Assembly (NCBI GenBank): GCA_001773215.1
Contig: MEWB01000001.1
Span: forward strand, 806,099 to 870,098
Direction: 5' to 3'
Length of the DNA stretch: 64,000 bases
Origin: a candidate division WWE3 bacterium RIFOXYC1_FULL_40_10
Lineage (GTDB): Bacteria; Patescibacteriota; WWE3; UBA101185; UBA10185
In this document: positions 37,755 to 46,296 of the stretch, one piece after another
Numbering within the stretch: position 1 is the stretch's first letter
How the letters are laid out: each line of letters starts with the position of its first letter
Translations under genes and position numbers: made by a program
The notes under the pieces: generated by a model
The model's database searches: none
Told to the model about the DNA's origin: nothing
The model's input: the letters and a program-made list of their open reading frames with translations, nothing else

Positions 37755-38174
37755 ATGACAGATCAGAAAAATGATGAGGGAAAGGAACTTCTTCATAACC
37801 TGTTCGTAGTTACGCTTTTCGCAGTGAGGCAACCGGAGATACGATGTAATTTGTCTCGCTTTCGGCACATGCTGTCAGGTCCCTTAAATGAGGTTTGGCG
37901 CAATGAGTGGGCACCCCTACATGTTCCCGAGTGGTACTATTCCGGGGAAGCAATGAAAGAGAAATTGGTTGATGTTCTTGTTGCTCACTATGTTGAGCTT
38001 ACCATCCTGCCTGGTTATTGCGGAGACTTTGGTAGTGAGGTAAGAATGATTGAATCCCTCGCGGTTCAATTGCAACCTCTTCCGGAACACCTGTCCGAGT
38101 GGGATGCTCAGTGGGAGAGCGTGATCATACCTAAGATAATTTCTATGGCCAAGGAACGTGGTATTGATCTGTAA
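37755..38174 (+). CDS. Hypothetical protein
   Basis: AAGGAGG SD; followed by a strong terminator. Confidence 0.5.
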   Translation: MTDQKNDEGKELLHNLFVVTLFAVRQPEIRCNLSRFRHMLSGPLNEVWRNEWAPLHVPEWYYSGEAMKEKLVDVLVAHYVELTILPGYCGDFGSEVRMIESLAVQLQPLPEHLSEWDAQWESVIIPKIISMAKERGIDL

Positions 38175-38185
38175 ATAAGTTTCGC

Positions 38186-38219
38186 AAAGCCCGGATACTT
38201 TAACTCCGGGCTTTTTTTG
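38186..38219 (+). terminator. Rho-independent terminator
   Basis: AGCCCGGA-N9-TCCGGGCT followed by TTTTTTT. Confidence 0.7.
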
Positions 38220-38268
38220 TGGAAAAAATACCTCTCCCGATAAATAGAGAGAGGTTTAAAGCCGTCCA

Positions 38269-38742
38269 TTAAGGAGTCAAGATCATTCCTTCGTTGGCCA
38301 AATCGTTTAACACTTCAAGAAATATTTCCGTACTTTCAAACTTCAAGGCTTTTTGAAGAAAACCTACTTTTTTTGGATTAATATAGGCGGGTTTGCCTTT
38401 CAGCACCTTTTCTATAATTGTCTGCTTTAGAGCACTCTTTAAAGCCTTTTCCGGATCCAGGTGTTCAACCAAACAGTCATTACCCAAGCCCATCCGCAGA
38501 TACTTAACTAGTTCCTTTGTCTCAACGAGATCAGAGGAGAATATTAGGTTCTTACCATGCTTTCCGCCGCATGGAAAACCAAGATTTTCTAAAGCCTTTT
38601 GGTTTGAGGGATGAGCCACCAAATGCATTCCGATAATACCTAAACAGGCCTCGGACTCGTGAGTGGCAACAACAATCTGCTCAGGCGAAACAACAATCTG
38701 CTCCGGCGGAAGATCGTTTTGGAGTAAAATTTTGTAAGGCAT
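38269..38742 (-). CDS. Hypothetical protein containing an in-frame 21-bp tandem duplication (PEQIVVS/PEQIVVA)
   Basis: Start refined to ATG at 38742 with AAGGAGG SD; direct repeat 38668-38709. Confidence 0.45.
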   Translation of the reverse strand: MPYKILLQNDLPPEQIVVSPEQIVVATHESEACLGIIGMHLVAHPSNQKALENLGFPCGGKHGKNLIFSSDLVETKELVKYLRMGLGNDCLVEHLDPEKALKSALKQTIIEKVLKGKPAYINPKKVGFLQKALKFESTEIFLEVLNDLANEGMILTP

Positions 38743-38866
38743 AAACACCTCCTTTGGGTGCTGAATTGTAGATTTTGCTTATTATATCAAAAAGTCTGAA
38801 CCCAATCAAACTATAGGGTGTGAAGCGGTACTTGGAGGTTAGACGTATACTTATCATCAGGAGTAT

Positions 38867-39661
38867 ATGAAAAAATACTGGGTTTTGTTTAAATCCTATC
38901 TATCTGCAAGCTTAGAATATCGTGGGGCCCTTTTTACTTGGCTGCTCGTAGAACTAGTTTCTTTATCCTCTGCCACTTTTTTATGGTTGGCCGTTTTTCG
39001 AACCAATCAAACTGTTGGAGATTACGACTTTGGGCGAATTGTATCTTACTATCTTTTAGTACCGGTAATTGGGGGATTTACCTCTATTTTTGTTAGTGAG
39101 CATTTGCCCCGAAAAATAAAAGACGGTGCCATCTCAATCGACTTGCTAAAACCTTATAGCATTTCGGCAATAAATTTGCTTAACCAGTTTGGTATTAAGC
39201 TTACGCAGTTAACAATAAAACTACCCGCTTATTTGTTTGCAGGTATATTTTTCACCCATTTTTTTAATATTCATCTCCAACTAATTTACCTGCCCTTAGC
39301 ATTATTTATTTGTATATTTTCCTATCTTTTGCACTTTTATTTGGATTTAGCTTTAAGTTATTTGGCTTTTTGGGTTGATGATACATGGTCATTTGGGCTA
39401 ATAAAAACGGTAGCCTTGATGGTTTTCGGAGGTTTGTCCTTTCCTTTAGACCTGGTTCCCCAAAATTTCCGTTTATTGTTTGATTTGTTGCCCTTTAAAT
39501 ACATATATTTCTATCCTGTAAAAGTGGCCCAAGGCGGTATGCCTGCGAACCAGCTTGTTAGCCAGCTCGTAGTTTTGTTAACGTGGTTAGTGTTTTTCTT
39601 TATCCTTGGAAAATTGCTTTGGTTCAAAGGAATTAGAAAGTACGGTGCGTATGGCAACTAA
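38867..39661 (+). CDS. ABC-2 family transporter permease-like membrane protein (ABC2_membrane_6-like)
   Basis: N-terminus LFKSYLSASLEYRGALFTWLL typical of this permease family; 6 TM helices. Confidence 0.5.
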   Translation: MKKYWVLFKSYLSASLEYRGALFTWLLVELVSLSSATFLWLAVFRTNQTVGDYDFGRIVSYYLLVPVIGGFTSIFVSEHLPRKIKDGAISIDLLKPYSISAINLLNQFGIKLTQLTIKLPAYLFAGIFFTHFFNIHLQLIYLPLALFICIFSYLLHFYLDLALSYLAFWVDDTWSFGLIKTVALMVFGGLSFPLDLVPQNFRLLFDLLPFKYIYFYPVKVAQGGMPANQLVSQLVVLLTWLVFFFILGKLLWFKGIRKYGAYGN

Positions 39662-40454
39662 ATTAAGAAAATATCTAAAGTTATACCTAAAGCTAGCCAA
39701 GTTTTCAGCATCTCTCGAAATGGAGTATCGATTTTCATTTATCCTGGAAGTTTTTGTTGAGGTGGCTTTCTTTTTTGTAACGTTATTTGGTATGCGAGTG
39801 GTTTATTGGAACGTTTCGGAAATTGCGGGATGGCATTTTAATGAGCTTTTGGTGTTGCTTGGAGTGAATATGGTTTTTACCGAGTTAGTTTTAGGCTTTG
39901 TCTTTATTTATAATTTGAGGGAACTGCCTTTCAAAATTGCAAAAGGGGATTTGGACATGATTTTACTAAAGCCCATCAATTCTCAGTTTTCAGTGTCTTT
40001 GTGGAGACCTTATTTCGCGTTGTTCCCTAGTGCGCTGGCCGGAATAGTTGTGGCTGTTGTAGGTTTTACAAGAGGTGGTTTTGCTTTCAATCCTATTATG
40101 TTTTTGCCTTTTTTACTTATTTTTAGCTGTGGCTTAGTTATTGCCTATTCCATAGGGATGCTAATTTCAACGCTTTCGATGTGGTTTATTAACGCCACGC
40201 CTTTACCCATGTTGGCACAGCAACTTTTGTTTGTAGCAAGAAATCCGTACAGTGTGTTTTCAGGTGCTTGGAGAATTATATTTTTAACTTTTTTACCGAT
40301 AGCTTTTATGGCTAGTTTTCCCGCTTCTACATTGCTTGGGAAGTTGGAGCTTTGGTGGTTACCGGCGAGTGTGGCATTAGCCGTAGTTTTTTTATGGGGC
40401 TCTAATGTGTTTTGGAAATTTGCATTGAAAAAATACTCGGGTGCTAGTTCGTAA
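39651..40454 (+). CDS. ABC-2 family transporter permease-like membrane protein (paired with upstream gene)
   Basis: MATKLRKYLKLYLKLAKFSASLEMEYR same N-terminal signature; overlaps the upstream gene end. Confidence 0.5.
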   Translation: MATKLRKYLKLYLKLAKFSASLEMEYRFSFILEVFVEVAFFFVTLFGMRVVYWNVSEIAGWHFNELLVLLGVNMVFTELVLGFVFIYNLRELPFKIAKGDLDMILLKPINSQFSVSLWRPYFALFPSALAGIVVAVVGFTRGGFAFNPIMFLPFLLIFSCGLVIAYSIGMLISTLSMWFINATPLPMLAQQLLFVARNPYSVFSGAWRIIFLTFLPIAFMASFPASTLLGKLELWWLPASVALAVVFLWGSNVFWKFALKKYSGASS

Positions 40455-40457
40455 TAT

Positions 40458-40848
40458 TGGTGGAGATGGCGGGAATCGAACCCGCGTCTTGGTACCGTTC
40501 TCAGTATAAACACTACAAGCTTAGCCAAAAATTATCTTAATACAGGCAAGGTTTTTGGCGACCTAATCCTGTAAGCAGGCAAAATTTGTGTGGTTATTCC
40601 ACTTAAAAACAAAAGCTATGCCACAACTTATGTTTCGCACCCCGGTTTTATAAGACCTAGCAACCCCTCCGGGTAGAAGCGGTTAGATCTTGCACCCTAA
40701 TATTAGGCTGCAACACTTGCGAAGGCTGGAACGCCTACGAAAGCATCTGCCATTTGATCGGCATTTATAGTTTTGTACCTTTTATAGAAGTGGTACGCTT
40801 CTGCTTGCATTCATAAGGAAAAGTATCAATCAAAGCCTGTACATCCCC
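40458..40848 (-). ncRNA. ssrA: tmRNA (SsrA), ~391 nt, predicted tag ADAFVGVPAFASVAA
   Basis: 3' end ACGCGGGUUCGAUUCCCGCCAUCUCCACCA nearly identical to E. coli tmRNA; 5' end GGGGAUG pairs with it to give G3:U70; internal frame ends GUU GCA GCC UAA; 480-bp ORF-free region. Confidence 0.75.
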
Positions 40849-40938
40849 AGAGCTGTTTCCTACAATTTGTATTATAACATGGAAAGTGACTTGCACCTTA
40901 TAGTGTGATAAAATTCATGCAAATCCAAGGAGGATGAG

Positions 40939-41241
40939 ATGAAAAGTAAAATCAAATTGTCTGCTATCTTGATTTTGTCTGCGCTTATCGGAGCAACTAT
41001 CCCAATGTTTACGCTTTGGGGAGACTTTGGGAATGCAACTAACCTCAATATATTTGCAGGTGGCTTTGTTTCGCTATTGTTTTCAGTGCTTCTATATTGG
41101 GGTTACAGCCGAACTTGGGTTACCCGCCCGTCGTTTGACACACTTATGAACACTCCCGCAGGAAATTGGGTTGTTGGCGCTAACGTGATCTTTTATATGA
41201 TAGGGACGATCATCTGCTTCGTGGCGATTCTATTAGCCTGA
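40939..41241 (+). CDS. Small membrane protein, hypothetical
   Basis: AAGGAGG SD; three hydrophobic helices. Confidence 0.5.
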   Translation: MKSKIKLSAILILSALIGATIPMFTLWGDFGNATNLNIFAGGFVSLLFSVLLYWGYSRTWVTRPSFDTLMNTPAGNWVVGANVIFYMIGTIICFVAILLA

Positions 41242-41417
41242 TGTTCCTTGGCCTGCAAATTTTCTTGCAGGCCTTTTAGTTTCCATTTTTATTAGAATTT
41301 CCCTACTTGATGAAGTATCCAGCGTTAGTATACTAGAGGATGTTAGCGATCTATTACTATAAGGCTTGGTCTTGATTTGTATGATAACTATGCGGTGCGT
41401 GGGTTTGTGGATAACAT

Positions 41418-42065
41418 ATGGAAAACTTATTAAATCTCATATTTCCCCCAAAATGTTTATTTTGCTCCTCTACCGGTGCTATATTTTGCGAAGTTTGTTT
41501 AGGAAAATGTGTGGTATTAAATCAGATAGAAACTCTTAAGAACCAGGGATTTAATTTTGAACTTAAGTTGCTCTCGATATTTTCTTATGAAGGCTTGGTT
41601 AGATTGTGCATCAAAAAATCTAAATATCAGGCCAAGCAGTTTGCAGCTCTCAAAGTGTTGGCTTCTAGGGGTGTTACCTACTTAAAGCCATATTCCAGTT
41701 TCTTTGGAAATTTCTATGTTATGGCTGTTCCGCCATCGGAAAACAATTTAAGTAAAAGGGGGTTTAATCAGGCCGATGTAATTGTTCATGTTCTAGCAAA
41801 AAACTTGCCTATAAGAACTTTCAGTAAAAACCCATTACATAGGTTAAAAGCTACAGTTTCTCAACACTCAAAATCCAGAGTAGAGAGATTCAACACACTT
41901 AAAGATGCTTTTTGGGCGGATGCCTCACTTGTTGCGGGGAAAAACATATTGTTGGTTGATGATATTTGCACATCAGGTGCAACTTTTTTTGAATGTGCTA
42001 AGGCATTGAAGCGTGCGGGAGTGAAATCTATTGGCTGTTTTGCTTTATCTAGGAGGCTTTTATAG
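41418..42065 (+). CDS. comFC: ComF family phosphoribosyltransferase-domain protein (ComFC-like)
   Basis: N-terminal Cys-cluster PPKCLFCSS...CEVC and C-terminal PRTase motif ILLVDDICTSGAT. Confidence 0.7.
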   Translation: MENLLNLIFPPKCLFCSSTGAIFCEVCLGKCVVLNQIETLKNQGFNFELKLLSIFSYEGLVRLCIKKSKYQAKQFAALKVLASRGVTYLKPYSSFFGNFYVMAVPPSENNLSKRGFNQADVIVHVLAKNLPIRTFSKNPLHRLKATVSQHSKSRVERFNTLKDAFWADASLVAGKNILLVDDICTSGATFFECAKALKRAGVKSIGCFALSRRLL

Positions 42066-42080
42066 TATAATGGCGAATGT

Positions 42081-42170
42081 GGAGGGATGGCAGAGTGGCC
42101 AAATGCGACGGTTTGCTAAACCGTGCCCGGTTTACTGGGCCCGTGGGTTCGAATCCCACTCCCTCCGCCA
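42081..42170 (+). tRNA. tRNA-Ser (anticodon GCU), type II with long variable arm, CCA encoded
   Basis: Acceptor GGAGGGA/TCCCTCC, G73, anticodon loop TTGCTAA, T-loop GGTTCGAATCC; TATAGTATAAT -10 element upstream. Confidence 0.85.
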
Positions 42171-42296
42171 GTAATTTGCGATAGGCCTTTAGCGTCTTGG
42201 GCAAATTGCTTGATGAAGCAAGTGGATTCGAATGCCGCAGCCGCGACGGCGGCGAGGCGGGGTCGACGGGATCGCCAGTAGGCGAGAACCGGTGAC

Positions 42297-42317
42297 CGAA
42301 TCCCACTCCCTCCGCCA
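42297..42317 (+). repeat. Exact 21-nt direct copy of the tRNA-Ser(GCU) 3' end (att-like)
   Basis: CGAATCCCACTCCCTCCGCCA identical to 42150-42170. Confidence 0.8.
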
Positions 42318-42333
42318 CATGTGCCCTATAGTA

Positions 42334-42362
42334 TTGACTTTTTCTAGGTTTTACCCTATAAT
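42334..42362 (+). promoter_or_regulatory. Consensus sigma70-like promoter (TTGACT-17-TATAAT) for the 42442 ORF
   Basis: -35 42334-42339, -10 42357-42362. Confidence 0.6.
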
Positions 42363-42441
42363 TACGGTATAAATGTTTTCCAACTAACCTTGCTTCTCTT
42401 GCCACTAGAGAAACATTGTATTGCCCAGATAGGAGGAATAA

Positions 42442-42798
42442 ATGGCGAAAATTAGTATTACTGCCACGTATGGTCACGCGCGAAATGGCGAGAACACTGT
42501 GCAAATGGCTGATGTTTCACTGCCGTTTGTAACTTGTGATGAGGCATTCTCGCATCCGTCTCTCGAGAATAAGTACAAGGGCGAACTTGTACAAATAGAT
42601 ACCCCAGCGGGTTTAATTTATGTGGATGGTTCAGGAGAGGTGGTTTTACCAAGGGCAATGGAAGTTACTTTGTGGGATCCCAAGCTACAAGTGGGCTTGG
42701 CCACTTTTGTAACTACTTATTTTAAGATCCACCGGTTGCTTATGCTTACGATTAAAATAGATGGGGACAATCAAGCACTGGTATTTAGAATTAAGTAG
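42442..42798 (+). CDS. Hypothetical small protein (cassette ORF 1)
   Basis: AGGAGG SD; no recognisable domain. Confidence 0.45.
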   Translation: MAKISITATYGHARNGENTVQMADVSLPFVTCDEAFSHPSLENKYKGELVQIDTPAGLIYVDGSGEVVLPRAMEVTLWDPKLQVGLATFVTTYFKIHRLLMLTIKIDGDNQALVFRIK

Positions 42799-43036
42799 GT
42801 AGGACACTACCTCAGAGAAAAAGAAAAATTCTTAAATACAGGGTTTACCAGTGAAGTTTATTGGCGAGTTACCAAGATTCTATGAATCAATAACTCAAAC
42901 GACCCAACATTAGATATACTCTAAAAAGGAGAATCAAATGTTGGGGCCTAAACAGAGTCTTTCATTTATGGAAGATTGCGATTAGGTTATAACTACTAAA
43001 TTTTTTTACTGACCAATAGATATTTTCCAATATCAC

Positions 43037-43053
43037 CCCACATTCTCCGCCAT
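43037..43053 (+). repeat. Degenerate copy (13/17) of the tRNA-Ser 3'-end repeat
   Basis: CCCCACATTCTCCGCCA with shared upstream TTCCAA flank. Confidence 0.5.
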
Positions 43054-43146
43054 TCATCAAAATCAGTACTTCTTGAAGTATTCGTAAGTTCTAACATTTT
43101 ACTAGTTCATATTATTTTGGAACTATGTAAATGCTATACTAATCTT

Positions 43147-43284
43147 ATGTTAGGTAGTTTAGGATTAATTCCTTTTATAAAACGGGATAAACCAGGGGGA
43201 AACACTCCTTTGCACAAATTTTTGGCTGTAGCTTTGGTTGTTGGTGCTGGTTTGTTAGTGATTTACTTCATATCAAAGATATAG
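43147..43284 (+). CDS. Possible 45-aa small membrane peptide (cassette ORF 2), not in the ORF track
   Basis: ATG..TAG with hydrophobic LAVALVVGAGLLVIYFI; low confidence. Confidence 0.25.
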   Translation: MLGSLGLIPFIKRDKPGGNTPLHKFLAVALVVGAGLLVIYFISKI

Positions 43285-43297
43285 GTCTTGGAGAAAA

Positions 43298-43333
43298 AAG
43301 TTCCAAGTGCGTCCCACTCCCTCCGCCATGTAT
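43298..43333 (+). repeat. ~36-nt repeat unit containing an exact 17-nt tRNA-Ser 3'-end copy (43312-43328)
   Basis: AAAGTTCCAAGTGCGTCCCACTCCCTCCGCCATGTA. Confidence 0.75.
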
Positions 43334-43448
43334 CAATATCATTGCTACGGCAATCTTTCTTTAGTTCCAATATCACGGGTTTTTTTCGTAATTCCCTTCT
43401 TGTGAAAAATATATTAATATGTTTTTACATACACCCAAAGGAGAAAAT

Positions 43449-43661
43449 ATGGTTACTTTTAATCCCTACGATTTGAGCCACATTGCTTGTTTAACCGAAT
43501 GGTTTAATGATAGGAGAAGCTCTGGGCATCGTCCGTTTCCATTCTTAAGCCTTGCTACAGTTAATTCTACCACCAAGCCCACAATAGCTAGGGGTTTGTT
43601 GAAGGCAGATACTCCCTCAGAAGGCGATGTTAAGAAGAGTGAAGGCGAGGGTTTAGGTTAA
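43449..43661 (+). CDS. Hypothetical small protein (cassette ORF 3)
   Basis: GGAG SD before ATGGTTACT; ORF-track 43419 start shortened. Confidence 0.35.
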   Translation: MVTFNPYDLSHIACLTEWFNDRRSSGHRPFPFLSLATVNSTTKPTIARGLLKADTPSEGDVKKSEGEGLG

Positions 43662-43751
43662 TGACTTACATGCCCCTTTATTTGCTAAAATATTAGCTTA
43701 TTAAAGGGGTTTTGTATTGTTTTGATTAAAATAGTTCCCAGTGCGTTCCAT

Positions 43752-43787
43752 GCTCTTCACCATGTAAAAGTACAGGGTCCTTTAGCG
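43752..43787 (+). repeat. Degenerate copy of the 36-nt repeat unit
   Basis: ATAGTTCCCAGTGCGTTCCATGCTCTTCACCATGTA, ~27/36 identical to 43298-43333. Confidence 0.6.
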
Positions 43788-43807
43788 GCAACCGGAGGAA
43801 GGCTAAG

Positions 43808-43836
43808 TTGACAATATGCAAAACCTATAGTATAAT
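43808..43836 (+). promoter_or_regulatory. Consensus sigma70-like promoter (TTGACA-17-TATAAT) for the 43882 ORF
   Basis: -35 43808-43813, -10 43831-43836. Confidence 0.65.
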
Positions 43837-43881
43837 TAACTAGCATTCCTTCGAACACCTATAAAAATACGGAGAGATTGT

Positions 43882-44133
43882 ATGAATGAGAATAAGAGAG
43901 CAATTTCGGATTTTTGCACGGCGGTTGTGCTCACAATCGCAGTGGTGCTTCTGTTCCTGGGAAAGTTTATTCCCACCCCGGCGGAAGTTGTACTACGCAT
44001 CGTTGAAGTAATATGCGCCGGTATTGGCTCAATTCTTCTTTTTCAGCTGAAGAAAAACAGCCAGGCCATGTTCTTAGCTATGGTAGTAGCCATATCGTTC
44101 ACTACCATGTTGCTGACGCTTACTATCCAGTAG
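43882..44133 (+). CDS. Small two-helix membrane protein (cassette ORF 4)
   Basis: GGAGAG SD; hydrophobic helices. Confidence 0.45.
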   Translation: MNENKRAISDFCTAVVLTIAVVLLFLGKFIPTPAEVVLRIVEVICAGIGSILLFQLKKNSQAMFLAMVVAISFTTMLLTLTIQ

Positions 44134-44251
44134 ACAGCCTTTGTTTCAGAAGTAGCCCCCAAGTGGTTTTGCCATCTGGGGGTTTTTTGCTTTTAATGCT
44201 ATTATCCACTAATAAATCAATTGTGAATAAACCAGAGAGAGAGGAGAAACC

Positions 44252-44866
44252 ATGGCAAGAATTGTTAATCCTACACCCGGAGATCCTTTTGGAGAAGGAC
44301 ACCTATGCGATTATTTGCGAGAATCTATTTGGCTGAATACAAATTCAGGCATACATTATCTGTTACCAAAACCTTACGAGTACGCAGATTTTGAAATACT
44401 AAGCTTGGACCCGGCAAAACTGGTTCCCTTGGCGAAATACGTATTAAGAGGAAATCTGGCTATCTTAGAGTCCCTAGAAAAAGAATTGTTGCCTGAGGGC
44501 TTCGACATTTTTAACCTGCGGGGTATGGTGCAAATAGATGAAAACAACCTAATTTGCCCGCCCATTATAGAGGTTTGGCACCAAGATCCTCACAAGTACG
44601 ATGGTCGCAAGGTAATAGTTGACGGTTTACACCGCTGTTATATTGCACACAAAAGGGGAATTGCAATAACATGCGTTTTGATTTCGGGGAAAATATCCAG
44701 CGATTTACCGGTGTTGCCCTTAACGTGGAATGATGTTTTGGAACAAGACTCTGTTCCCAAAGACAAGCGTAACTACCATCCCGGGATACCACCACCATGG
44801 AAACCTCATGAGGTTTATAGACAGACGTTTCCGGGGTCTACAGGACCAAGAATGCCAAAAATCTAG
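44252..44866 (+). CDS. ParB-like N-terminal (ParB/Srx nuclease-fold) domain protein
   Basis: IIEVWHQDPHKYDGRKVIVDGLHRCYIAHKRGIAITCV resembles the ParB N-domain DGxHR...A motif. Confidence 0.45.
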   Translation: MARIVNPTPGDPFGEGHLCDYLRESIWLNTNSGIHYLLPKPYEYADFEILSLDPAKLVPLAKYVLRGNLAILESLEKELLPEGFDIFNLRGMVQIDENNLICPPIIEVWHQDPHKYDGRKVIVDGLHRCYIAHKRGIAITCVLISGKISSDLPVLPLTWNDVLEQDSVPKDKRNYHPGIPPPWKPHEVYRQTFPGSTGPRMPKI

Positions 44867-45018
44867 TTTTGGAAAAATTACCCAGTAGTTAGCTAGAGAT
44901 CTAATTGCTGGGTTTTTCGTTATTAGAGTGAACTTACTAGGATATCCAAGATCTTTGACTTATGTGATAAAATCAGGCATATCAGAAAGACATACCAATA
45001 CAAATAGGAGAGTGTCTT

Positions 45019-45351
45019 ATGTACTTCGGAAAAGATTTTTGGATGATACCCTACTATGACAAAACCGGGGTGGACGTTCGTGGCAAGCTGAAGGAAATGG
45101 GGTTCAAAATCGGGCGACTGTATAACGATATCCTTTGTATGGTAAACCCACCGGCTGGGTGGAAGGCAGAACAAGCGGACAGAGAAAAGCCGGTAATAGT
45201 GCCCCAAGCGTATCCTTCAACCAGTGTGGAGTGGACTGACGGGTACATTCTTTTCGATCAGGAGGGCAATCCTCGAATTCAGGCGACTCACTATCATAGT
45301 GATGAGGAAGATTTGGAGGACGAGGACACCGGCTGGTTAGTGTTTGTTTAA
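45019..45351 (+). CDS. Hypothetical protein with acidic C-terminus
   Basis: ORF with upstream GGAGAG. Confidence 0.4.
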   Translation: MYFGKDFWMIPYYDKTGVDVRGKLKEMGFKIGRLYNDILCMVNPPAGWKAEQADREKPVIVPQAYPSTSVEWTDGYILFDQEGNPRIQATHYHSDEEDLEDEDTGWLVFV

Positions 45352-45418
45352 AGTAAGGGAGGATGTTGAGATAACTTCAAAGCATCCTTTTTCATTTCTT
45401 TAGTGATACTATTAGTTT

Positions 45419-46264
45419 ATGGTTGCTCTCGATGGTGAAAAACAATTACAGGAATACCTTAGTGGAGAGGATGTAATGGCACTCTTGGAGGTGGCAAGCA
45501 AATCTTTGGCAGACAAATCGCCGGAAGATAGATCTGCGGAAGTTCAACACAACTGTCGTTACACACTTCCCGGTTTAGAGTACTTTGGTGCTGACCATGC
45601 TTATAATAGCGACCACCCGCAATTTGCTTTAATGAAGAAAAGTTTTCAAGAATTCGTCGATAAATATCCTAATCCCGTCGTTTTAGTGGAGTCATCCTTG
45701 CCCAGGCAATCACCTGATAGTGAATCAGCTATAGCAAGAGACGGAGAACGAGGGTTTGTAGCATTCCTCGCAAGAGAAAGAGGAATTGCCGTCGAATGCC
45801 TGGAGCCTAGCCGTAAAGACGAAATTGAATATCTCCAGAAATATTTTAGCGAAGAACAAATTGAATGCTACTACTTCTTGCGGGCTATAAGGGGTTACCA
45901 GCTACCTCGGGCCGAAGGATCCTCGAAGGTAGAATTTGACGTATTAGCAAGAAGTATCCTGGCTCACCACGAGACTATGTATGGGAAGTTGGCAGGGTGG
46001 GAACATTTTGGGTTTAACTTGGAACATCTTAGGCGTATATATAACGAACTAACAGGAGAACCCTTGGATTTTTATAAAGGTGTTGATGTTGACCCTAGAG
46101 GAGATGCAAGCGTTATTAACCAAGTAGCCAATAAATGCTCACTCTACCGAGATTTTTGCCACTTAAGAACCATTAAGGAGCAACTTGAGGCGGGAAACCA
46201 GGTTTTTGTAGTAAATGGCAAAGAGCATGCTGTAATCCAAAAGGCGGTATTAGAAAGACTCTAA
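45419..46264 (+). CDS. Hypothetical protein (281 aa)
   Basis: Clean ORF, no recognisable motif. Confidence 0.45.
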   Translation: MVALDGEKQLQEYLSGEDVMALLEVASKSLADKSPEDRSAEVQHNCRYTLPGLEYFGADHAYNSDHPQFALMKKSFQEFVDKYPNPVVLVESSLPRQSPDSESAIARDGERGFVAFLARERGIAVECLEPSRKDEIEYLQKYFSEEQIECYYFLRAIRGYQLPRAEGSSKVEFDVLARSILAHHETMYGKLAGWEHFGFNLEHLRRIYNELTGEPLDFYKGVDVDPRGDASVINQVANKCSLYRDFCHLRTIKEQLEAGNQVFVVNGKEHAVIQKAVLERL

Positions 46265-46296
46265 GTTTTTTTCGCTCCAAATGGTACTATATACTC

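Noticed and set aside
40458-40545. Stand-alone tRNA on the minus strand (T-arm plus CCA end seen)
   Set aside because: No matching 5' acceptor strand within 100 nt. The partner GGGGAUG lies 390 nt away, and the sequence matches the tmRNA 3' domain. It was reinterpreted as tmRNA.
42231-42318. Second complete tRNA after tRNA-Ser(GCU)
   Set aside because: Only the last 21 nt match a tRNA. No 5' acceptor strand or anticodon arm is present, so this is an att-like partial duplication.
42049-42504. 151-aa minus-strand ORF spanning tRNA-Ser(GCU) and the att-like repeat
   Set aside because: It overlaps a well-formed tRNA and a strong plus-strand promoter, so it is spurious.
42297-43790. CRISPR array
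   Set aside because: The repeats are degenerate (11-17 of 17), irregularly spaced (about 275-735 bp), tRNA-derived and interspersed with promoter-bearing ORFs. There are no cas genes, so this is not CRISPR.
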